Shown here: in pieces, positions 7,636 through 14,563 of the stretch
Position numbering within the stretch: position 1 is the stretch's first letter
Layout of the letters: each line of letters starts with the position of its first letter
Assembly: GCA_038884815.1 (NCBI GenBank)
Contig: JAWABC010000010.1
Span: 1 to 18,760 of the forward strand
DNA: 18,760 nucleotides
Source of the DNA: Candidatus Nanoarchaeia archaeon
Lineage (GTDB): Archaea > Nanobdellota > Nanobdellia > SCGC-AAA011-G17 > VGLX01
Direction: 5' to 3'
Program-made: the position numbers and the translations under genes
Notes under the pieces: generated by a model
What the model was told of the DNA's origin: nothing
The model's database searches: none
The model's input: only the letters and a program-made list of their open reading frames with translations

Positions 7636-10600
7636 ATGGGGGCGAAAACTATTTTTTGTATGGTGATCGTTTTAGTAATTACATCATTCTTTGTTAGCGC
7701 ATTAGAGTGTCAAGTTCCTGCAACTGTTAAAGTTCATTTTATGAATGCCAGCGGTGGCAACATGGGACCAAGAGTCTATGTGGGCACAACTCAGTTGCAG
7801 TTTAATGATAGCGAACCAATACCACTTTCTCAAAATGGTCAGTTCGTTGTTGATGCGGGTTACGTTGAGAACGTTCCTGGGATAGCTTTGCAGAGGCAGG
7901 ATGGTGCTTTGAGGTTCCTTCTTTTTGGTGGGAGCAGAACCATTAAGGAAATAGTGGGTGCTGAGATTATTTTGGAAAATGCTAAAATAGTTAATTTCAG
8001 CAACGATAATGGAAGGGCTGTTACTTCTCCTAAACAGCTTAACAAGCTTGAAAACCAAGGTAACGGGAATTACGCATGGGGTGGTAATAATGATGAGGTT
8101 TTTTGGAGTAATGGAAGCAGTAATGCTACTTGGTATAGTGCTGTATATTATGATAATGATGGTTTCTACCTTTACATAGAATGTGACAAGGAAGCTATAG
8201 TTTGCAGTTCCAGTTCTGATTGTGGTGTTGATGGTTATGTTGATGCTCCAGTTTGTTCCGGTGACAACGTAGTTAGGACCTACCAATCTTTTACTTGCAA
8301 CAATCCAGGCACCCCTCAATCAACCTGTTCAGCTAGTAACTCTACTGTTATAGTTGAAACATGCTCTCATGGCTGCTCTAATGGTGCATGCATCCAGCCA
8401 TGTAACCAAAATTCTGATTGTGGTGTTGATGGTTTTGTTTCTGATCCTGTTTGTACTGGTAATAATGTTACTAGGATTTATCAGACTTTTATTTGTAATA
8501 ATCCGGGTACTCAGCAGTCAAGCTGTTCTTCTTCTAACTCAACATTAGTTATTGAAGAATGCTCCTACCAGTGTTCCAACGGTGTGTGTCAGAATTATAC
8601 ACAGTCCCAGATAAGCTGTCAGTATGCTACTTCTGCTAATGCCACCTCAGAGAATGTTGCAGGTTCTTTGGCTGTTTATGCTACCGGCGCTCCTGATGCT
8701 CCTCAAAGTGGTAATTGTAACACGTGGAGTGGTTATGGTTACACTTGGACGCCTTCTAATTGGAATGTGAAGGCTAATTTGACTTTGACTTATGATACGC
8801 TTGTTAATGCCAGCAACATTACAGTTACTGGTGATTATGACATGTGTTGGGATAGTGTTTGGCTTAGGAACAGTAAGACGGGGCAGGAAAAATTGATTTC
8901 AAGTACATACACTACTACTTGTGTCACAACTATAAATCTTGCAGAAGATTTCCAGGCAGATCAAGTTATTTTGGAGACTTGTGGTTGGGCTTGGTGTGCT
9001 ACCGATGCCGTTGAGATGTGCGGCAAGACCACATCAACACCTCCGCCTGTTTGTAGTCAGAATTCTGATTGTGGTGTTGATGGTTTTGTTTCTGATCCTG
9101 TTTGTACTGGTAATAATGTTACTAGGATTTATCAGACTTTTATTTGTAATAATCCGGGTACTCAGCAGTCAAGCTGTTCTTCTTCTAACTCAACATTAGT
9201 TATTGAAGAATGCTCCTACCAATGCTCTAATGGCACTTGTACTTCACCAGCCATATGTAATTCTAACTCCGATTGTGGTGTTGATGGTTTTGTTTCTGAT
9301 CCTTTTTGTTCTGGTAATAATGTAGTTAGGACTTATCAAACCTTTACTTGCAGCAATCCTGGAACTAGTCAGGCTAACTGTTCTGCCTCTAATTCCACGG
9401 TTGTAATCGAACAATGTTTGGATGGATGTTCAAATGGTATGTGCCAAAACCAGACTTATATTTACGTCATCCCTTACATCGGAGATATTGACGGCTTCAA
9501 AAATCCAGAATGGTTCTACTTCTATCACCAGCTAATTGATTTCCATGATGCAAATAAGATTAACATCAGCTTCAGCTTCTTTCCCGGTGCAATGAGTAAT
9601 CATGTAAACTATACTGCAGCTATGAAGAAGATGTACCTAAGCAATTATACTGAGCTTATTCAGAAAGGTTATGACGGTGTTCAGGATTGGAATATAGACC
9701 AGCTTCCTTATGAAGAGCAAAAGGCTTTATTAAAAAAAGGTCAGGATGATTTTAGGGCTAACATGAGTGTTATACTTGGTATACCTGAGAGTGCAGTGGT
9801 TATGCCTATAACAGATGATCAGGAAGGTGCAAAATTCACAGAGGTTACAAGGCAGGCTCTTGAGGATTTGGGCTTCAAATCTTATCTGGATTTCTATCTT
9901 GCTCCTGGATTGCAACCTGTCCAGCCTGCTGACGATTTTGATGTTATGCAGTATGGTGTTAGCTTTACATCAACCGGAGGTTCTGGAAGTGATCTTGACT
10001 TCAGGTCTAAGGCTGAAATAATTAACGATATTAAAACTTACAACAGGACTGATGTACCGATCACATACATAAATGGTCATATGGTTGTCCCTCTCTATGC
10101 CCACCAGCAGGATTTTGAAGGCAGAGTAGTACCAGCGCAATACGATACTGCAAAGTGGAGTATTTACACAGATACTTTACTTACTCTTAAGAATGACCCT
10201 GAGATAAGGCTGGTTACCCCTAAACAGGTTTATGAGCTTAGGCATGGTCCCATACAGCCACCTGTAACCAATTGTAGTTCCAGTTCTGATTGTGGTGTTG
10301 ATGGTTTTGTTTCTGATCCTGTTTGTACTGGTAATAATGTTACTAGGATTTATCAGACTTTTATTTGTAATAATCCGGGTACTCAGCAGTCAAGCTGTTC
10401 TTCTTCTAACTCAACGGTTGTTATTGAGGAATGTTCCTACAGCTGTTCTGGTGGTGTTTGTCAGAATGAGACAAACCAAACGCAGACAACTTTATGTCAG
10501 TATGCTACTTCTGCTAATGCCACCTCAGAGAATGTTGCAGGTTCTTTGGCTGTTTATGCTACCGGTGCTCCTGATGCCCCTAATGGTGGCGATTGCGCTG

Positions 10601-11871
10601 CCTTTAGTGGTTATGGTTATGATTGGTCACCTTCTAATTGGAATGTAAAAGCTACATTGACCTTAACTTATGATTACCCCATTTATGTAAGCAATCTCAC
10701 AGTTGTTGGTGATTATGACATGTGCTGGAGCTCTATCACTTTAAAGAACAGCCAGACAGGAGCAACAAAGAAGGTTAGTAATGAAGTCACATCATGTGTG
10801 GTGAAGTTAAACTTGGCAGAAGATTTCCAGGCAGATCAAGTTATTTTGGAGACTTGTGGTTGGGCTTGGTGTGCTACCGATGCCGTTGAGATGTGCGGCA
10901 GCACAAACCAGACAATAACCCCACCACCTCCGCCACCACCACCCGAAAATTCAACCAACGTGACAGTTTGTAAGTGGAAGAACTGCAGGAAGGGTGCTGT
11001 CTCAGTTTCAGTCGATGATGAGTATAATTCTTGTATGGACAAGCTTGAAGCTAATGGATTTAGAGGGACTTATTTCCTGACGAACACAAAGAATTATAAC
11101 ATCGCTAAGTGGAGCCTGTTCGCTGAAGGCTTCAACAAAGGTCATGAGCTAGGTACGCATATGCAAAATCATCTCTGTTATGAGGTTTCTGATTCTGTAT
11201 TTTATGACAACATAGAGAATAACATAGTGGACATAATAAGTCATACCAATGCTAAGAGGGAGGACATAGTGAGTCATGCGTACCCCTGTGGTGTTGTCGG
11301 CCAGAACTATCCCACCCTACTCATCAACAACTCGAACTTTATCTCTGCTCGTGGTTATTTCTTCAATCAGCTTGAGGATTCTACGCCCAAGCAGTGGTTC
11401 AACTTGAAGAGCTTTAACACACCTCATTACCATGAGCCTTCTTTGGAACCGCCAAACCTGCTAACAGTAATTGATAGTGCAGAGAGCCAGGGTAAGTGGG
11501 CCAACTTGGTTTTCCACAACGAATGCAGTGATGATGGTGCGATTAATTACTTAACATCCAAGAATGTTTGGGTTGACACTATAGGTAATGTTGCTAGGTA
11601 CATAAGGCTGAGGGATGCTTCAGAGGTATACAACTATGCTGAGGTAGATAATGAGATAAGGTTCAATGTTAGGGTTAATGATAATTCGATGAATGCATCT
11701 TATTATAGGCAAAACCTTACTATGTGGGTTCCTGTCGGCTCCAGTCAGGTTAGTCAGGTTAGGGTTAACAATCAAGCAGTGCCATACTCATTTGGCCAAG
11801 GCGAGCCTAACTATGTTGTGTTTGACATTCCTTTCCCGATAGGCGCAGATATTGTAGTGGTGAAGGCTTAA
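7636..11871 (+). CDS. Giant secreted/surface mosaic protein (1,411 aa) with a C-terminal CE4 (NodB-type) polysaccharide deacetylase domain
   Basis: GGAGGTG lies 5 nt upstream of the ATG. Hydrophobic signal/anchor (IFCMVIVLVITSFFVSA). Five 63-aa 8-Cys modules, two ~135-aa domains, and a Pro8 linker. CE4 motifs: SVDDE (11011-11022), HMQNH (11158-11172), AYPCG, LVFHNE. Confidence 0.85.
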   Translation: MGAKTIFCMVIVLVITSFFVSALECQVPATVKVHFMNASGGNMGPRVYVGTTQLQFNDSEPIPLSQNGQFVVDAGYVENVPGIALQRQDGALRFLLFGGSRTIKEIVGAEIILENAKIVNFSNDNGRAVTSPKQLNKLENQGNGNYAWGGNNDEVFWSNGSSNATWYSAVYYDNDGFYLYIECDKEAIVCSSSSDCGVDGYVDAPVCSGDNVVRTYQSFTCNNPGTPQSTCSASNSTVIVETCSHGCSNGACIQPCNQNSDCGVDGFVSDPVCTGNNVTRIYQTFICNNPGTQQSSCSSSNSTLVIEECSYQCSNGVCQNYTQSQISCQYATSANATSENVAGSLAVYATGAPDAPQSGNCNTWSGYGYTWTPSNWNVKANLTLTYDTLVNASNITVTGDYDMCWDSVWLRNSKTGQEKLISSTYTTTCVTTINLAEDFQADQVILETCGWAWCATDAVEMCGKTTSTPPPVCSQNSDCGVDGFVSDPVCTGNNVTRIYQTFICNNPGTQQSSCSSSNSTLVIEECSYQCSNGTCTSPAICNSNSDCGVDGFVSDPFCSGNNVVRTYQTFTCSNPGTSQANCSASNSTVVIEQCLDGCSNGMCQNQTYIYVIPYIGDIDGFKNPEWFYFYHQLIDFHDANKINISFSFFPGAMSNHVNYTAAMKKMYLSNYTELIQKGYDGVQDWNIDQLPYEEQKALLKKGQDDFRANMSVILGIPESAVVMPITDDQEGAKFTEVTRQALEDLGFKSYLDFYLAPGLQPVQPADDFDVMQYGVSFTSTGGSGSDLDFRSKAEIINDIKTYNRTDVPITYINGHMVVPLYAHQQDFEGRVVPAQYDTAKWSIYTDTLLTLKNDPEIRLVTPKQVYELRHGPIQPPVTNCSSSSDCGVDGFVSDPVCTGNNVTRIYQTFICNNPGTQQSSCSSSNSTVVIEECSYSCSGGVCQNETNQTQTTLCQYATSANATSENVAGSLAVYATGAPDAPNGGDCAAFSGYGYDWSPSNWNVKATLTLTYDYPIYVSNLTVVGDYDMCWSSITLKNSQTGATKKVSNEVTSCVVKLNLAEDFQADQVILETCGWAWCATDAVEMCGSTNQTITPPPPPPPPENSTNVTVCKWKNCRKGAVSVSVDDEYNSCMDKLEANGFRGTYFLTNTKNYNIAKWSLFAEGFNKGHELGTHMQNHLCYEVSDSVFYDNIENNIVDIISHTNAKREDIVSHAYPCGVVGQNYPTLLINNSNFISARGYFFNQLEDSTPKQWFNLKSFNTPHYHEPSLEPPNLLTVIDSAESQGKWANLVFHNECSDDGAINYLTSKNVWVDTIGNVARYIRLRDASEVYNYAEVDNEIRFNVRVNDNSMNASYYRQNLTMWVPVGSSQVSQVRVNNQAVPYSFGQGEPNYVVFDIPFPIGADIVVVKA
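8203..8589 (+). repeat. 8-Cys 63-aa modules R1 (8203-8391) and R2 (8401-8589)
   Basis: Consensus CxxxSDCGVDGxVxxPxCxGxNVxRxYQxFxCxNPGTxQSxCSxSNSTxVIExCSxxCSNGxC. Confidence 0.85.
8617..9024 (+). repeat. Unassigned ~135-aa domain, copy X1
   Basis: CQYATSANATSENVAGSLAVYATGAPDAP...GDYDMCW...NLAEDFQADQVILETCGWAWCATDAVEMCG. The flanks are DNA-identical to copy X2. Confidence 0.8.
9052..9444 (+). repeat. 8-Cys modules R3 (9052-9240) and R4 (9256-9444)
   Basis: Same consensus as R1/R2. R3 is 161 bp identical to R2 (9061-9221 = 8410-8570). Confidence 0.85.
10273..10461 (+). repeat. 8-Cys module R5
   Basis: 10284-10415 is 132 bp identical to 8412-8543 and to the matching part of R3. Confidence 0.85.
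10495..10899 (+). repeat. Unassigned ~135-aa domain, copy X2
   Basis: 10495-10565 equals 8617-8687 (71 bp identical). 10816-10900 equals 8941-9025 (85 bp identical). The core between them is strongly diverged. Confidence 0.8.
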
Positions 11872-11875
11872 GGAT

Positions 11876-12796
11876 ATGAAAAAGACAACATTGGTTTTTG
11901 GGATATGTTTTGTTTTATTTTTTATATTTCTCATCACCTTTTTTATGATGCAAAACTCTGGCAATTCTGAAGGCTTTCCTTCTAAAAAAGAAGTTGGTTT
12001 AGAATCAGGCGATTGTGTTGTAACGAATATTTGGATAGATAGTTTTTCGAGGCTTGATGTTTTAAAAGATAATAAAATCAAGTACCTTTTTGTTGATGTT
12101 GGTGACACTGGCAAGGATGGCAAGCTTAAAACCTCTGAAGAAGAGTTGATAAATTTTTTGGAGTTAATAAAAAGTTATGAAACTGAGAAGAATCATAATT
12201 TTATTCTCCTTCCTTACAGCGAGATTATAACCGATAATTATGATATAACTTCCGAAACTTTCAAGCAGAATTTTATTGACGATTATGTTCATTTGTATGA
12301 TATGGGATTTGATGGTTTGCTTGTTGATATAGAGAAAATAGATCCGGATATGAAAGATGATTATCTTGATTTATTGAATAGGTTAAAGTTAAAACTAGGT
12401 GATGATGCAATCATTGCTGTTTACGCTGGTGCCTTATCAAATTCTGATAACCCTTGGGAATGGAATCATGATTTTTATCAATCGGTTTCTGAGCGTGTTG
12501 ACTTAATTTCTGCACCCCTTTATGATTCCGATATGACTGATAACGAATCTTATAAGGCGTATGTTAAGGGTCAAGTAACTTCCATATCTTCTGCTGGCTT
12601 CAATTCAAAATTTTTATTTGCCATCCCTACACACAAAGAACCTCCTGAAACTATTGATAATGCACTTGCTGCTTACAACGATGTTTTGCATGATAATAAA
12701 AATTTCATCGGATTATGCATTTTTGCCGAGTGGACTACCGATACTAATGAGTGGTCTGTTTTTGAAAAATATGTGGATAAACAGTTTATATATTGA
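11876..12796 (+). CDS. Membrane-anchored (beta/alpha)-barrel glycoside-hydrolase-like protein (GH18/GH114-like motif; family unassigned)
   Basis: N-terminal TM segment (LVFGICFVLFFIFLITFFMM). Alternating strand-like segments YLFVDVG, ILLPY, FDGLLVDIE, IIAVYAG, LISAPLYD, FLFAIP, GLCIFAEW. GFDGLLVDIE (12308-12334) resembles the strand-4 acid motif of GH18 (FDGxDxDxE) and GH114-type barrels. Starts 4 nt after the giant gene. Confidence 0.55.
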   Translation: MKKTTLVFGICFVLFFIFLITFFMMQNSGNSEGFPSKKEVGLESGDCVVTNIWIDSFSRLDVLKDNKIKYLFVDVGDTGKDGKLKTSEEELINFLELIKSYETEKNHNFILLPYSEIITDNYDITSETFKQNFIDDYVHLYDMGFDGLLVDIEKIDPDMKDDYLDLLNRLKLKLGDDAIIAVYAGALSNSDNPWEWNHDFYQSVSERVDLISAPLYDSDMTDNESYKAYVKGQVTSISSAGFNSKFLFAIPTHKEPPETIDNALAAYNDVLHDNKNFIGLCIFAEWTTDTNEWSVFEKYVDKQFIY

Positions 12797-12839
12797 ATAA
12801 TAAAAATATTAAAAAAGCTTTGCAGTTAGCGGTATTAAG

Positions 12840-14051
12840 ATGAAAGGTCCATTTTCAATCTGGGGTTTTTTCGGTTTGACCATATGGATAGATACTTTTA
12901 CGCACGCACTTTACGAAGTCAAAGGTGATAAGCAAAAGAAGATTGATCCATACAACCCTGTTAGAGAAGTTTCTGTAATAATCCCTGCCCATAAGGAGGG
13001 AAAGCACATAGAGAAAACAATAAGAGCTTTATACAATGAAAGGTATCCTTTAAAGAACATAATAGTTTGTTCTGATAAGGAGTCTACTTTCACAAAAGAA
13101 GTTGTTGAATCCTTACTTACAGAGTACGATACTCTTTATTATCTTGAGTGCCCTCATGTTTCAAAATCTAAGAAGATAAACTATGCTGTCAAGGTGCTTG
13201 GCGATGTTTTGGGTGAGTTTGTTTACGTTCGTGACTCTAAAGTTACTGGCAACTATGACTGCATAGAACGCATGATACCTTATTTTACAGACGAAAAGGT
13301 GGCTGCTGTGACTTCTTATGGTCGCTTGAGCGTTCCTAAAAACTTCCTTTCGAGGTCTTATTATTATGGAAAGTCATGGATTAATGAGATTGGTAGGTTT
13401 AGGAAGAATGCGCAAGTGAAGAGGCAAGCCCTTTTTGTTGTTTGTGGTGCTTCCACCATGTATAGGAGAGACGTTTTGAAGAAGATACCCATCCCTTATG
13501 GAACTAAGACTGAGGATACTCATTACACTTGGAAGCTTCAGATGAACGGCTACAGGGTTAATGTTGCTGATGATGCTGTTGCATCCGCTCCTGAGCTTGA
13601 CGGTGAGGGTTTGAACGGTATTAAGAATCAGATTAAGCAGTCTTACCGCTGGAGTGCTGGCACTGTGCAATGCATCTATCGTGAGGGAAGAAAGCTTCCT
13701 AAGAATAAGAGGCTGTTTTACACAACTATACTGCCTGGTTTTTTAGAAGCCTTGTCTTACTCAACCCCTTTAATTTTGCTTCCGATGCTTTTGATTTTTT
13801 ATCCTTTTTACGCAGGTGCTTTCTTGGTTGGTGACACCGTTTTTTCTTTGGCAGGTACTGTTGTTTTGATGCCTAAGAAGTTTTGGAAAACATTGCTTCA
13901 TTACCCTCAGATATTTTTCTTTAAGTACCTTAACGCAGCCATATTCCTTTATGCCTTTGTCAAGGTTACTGCTGAAGCTGTTGCAGGTAAGACTCGCAAC
14001 TGGCATAATGAGTGGACCCCTTTGCAGACCGATTACGTTTTGGCTAAATAA
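12840..14051 (+). CDS. Processive-type family 2 glycosyltransferase (PgaC/IcaA/NodC/chitin- or cellulose-synthase-like)
   Basis: N-terminal TM segment. GT-A core VSVIIPAHKEGKHIEKTI...VCSDKEST. TED (13509-17) and QSYRW (13638-52) lie 41 aa apart. Several C-terminal TM helices follow. Confidence 0.8.
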   Translation: MKGPFSIWGFFGLTIWIDTFTHALYEVKGDKQKKIDPYNPVREVSVIIPAHKEGKHIEKTIRALYNERYPLKNIIVCSDKESTFTKEVVESLLTEYDTLYYLECPHVSKSKKINYAVKVLGDVLGEFVYVRDSKVTGNYDCIERMIPYFTDEKVAAVTSYGRLSVPKNFLSRSYYYGKSWINEIGRFRKNAQVKRQALFVVCGASTMYRRDVLKKIPIPYGTKTEDTHYTWKLQMNGYRVNVADDAVASAPELDGEGLNGIKNQIKQSYRWSAGTVQCIYREGRKLPKNKRLFYTTILPGFLEALSYSTPLILLPMLLIFYPFYAGAFLVGDTVFSLAGTVVLMPKKFWKTLLHYPQIFFFKYLNAAIFLYAFVKVTAEAVAGKTRNWHNEWTPLQTDYVLAK

Positions 14052-14278
14052 TAAGAAAAAAATAAGGAGTTACTTTATTGCATAAAATCATAATATAACT
14101 CCAAAATATATATTCCAGCCAATAGACGTTCCGTCACTCACACACAAATTATTTATAAGCAATACAACATACTAACGTATTACCTCATGAAATAGAATCC
14201 GAAAAGGGAGGTAAAAGATGATATTCTCTTTTCCTAACTTTTCTGAAAAAAAATGCGAAAGCAAGGAGGTAAAGAAAA

Positions 14279-14554
14279 ATGGGGGACAGACCTGTGCAAA
14301 AATGGAGGATAGGTAACATGGAGGCTGCTCTGTGGGAAAATAAAAAAAGCATGAACGGCGCCGAAGTTACTTATTGGACTGTGTCCTTAAGCAGGGGCTA
14401 TAAAAAGAAGGATGAAGGTGTTTGGCGTAGTGAGGTTATAAATAACTTGAGGAGGAATGACATCCCAAAGTTGATTGCCATACTTGAGAAGGTTCAGGAC
14501 CACTTGTTTTTTGAGGTGCCAAAGTCTGAGCGAGAGGAAGAGGATGAGGAATGA
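14279..14554 (+). CDS. Small basic protein with an acidic C-terminal tail; possible PC4/YdbC-like ssDNA-binding protein
   Basis: AGGAGGT lies 8 nt upstream of the ATG. 91 aa ending SEREEEDEE. WRIGNMEAALWEN...VSLSRGYKKKDEGVW...L.RNDIPKLIAILEKV resembles the PC4 C-terminal-domain pattern by eye. Its stop is 9 nt from the radA ATG. Confidence 0.6.
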   Translation: MGDRPVQKWRIGNMEAALWENKKSMNGAEVTYWTVSLSRGYKKKDEGVWRSEVINNLRRNDIPKLIAILEKVQDHLFFEVPKSEREEEDEE

Positions 14555-14563
14555 GGTGGTAGC

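Noticed and set aside
7702-8319. 205-aa antisense ORF within the 5' part of the giant gene
   Set aside because: It is embedded antisense in a CDS that has a strong SD, a signal peptide and domain content. It has no independent signals.
8410-10415. Three perfectly identical 132-161 bp repeats separated by unique sequence, considered as a CRISPR-like or other non-coding repeat array
   Set aside because: The repeats are far longer than CRISPR repeats and irregularly spaced (offsets 651 and 1,872 bp). They lie in frame inside one long ORF, where they encode a conserved 8-Cys protein module. No cas genes were found.
8354-10648. ORF-track entries 8354-8548, 8939-9199 and 10292-10648 (+), which share the hydrophobic peptide LIVVLMVLFLILFVLVIMLLGFIRLLFVIIRVLSSQAVLLLTQ
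   Set aside because: These are out-of-frame readings of the DNA-identical 8-Cys modules within the giant gene. Their recurrence simply mirrors the DNA repeat.
8689-10815. The divergent cores of the two X domains, flanked by identical DNA, considered as a diversity-generating retroelement template/variable-repeat pair
   Set aside because: Differences between the copies affect all four bases and include a 3-bp length difference, not adenine-specific substitutions. No reverse transcriptase or accessory gene is present in the window.
10921-10944. Pro8-encoding tract considered as a slippage-prone simple sequence repeat (phase-variation switch)
   Set aside because: Codon usage is mixed (cca cca cct ccg cca cca cca ccc), so it is not a pure homopolymer or trinucleotide tract. 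It is in frame and is better explained as an interdomain linker.
14066-14102. Inverted repeat GGAGTTA-N23-TAACTCC after the GT2 gene, considered as a terminator hairpin or regulatory RNA
   Set aside because: It is only a 7-bp stem with a 23-nt AT-rich loop and no following T-tract. Such a structure is easily produced by chance in AT-rich spacer, and archaeal termination does not require hairpins.
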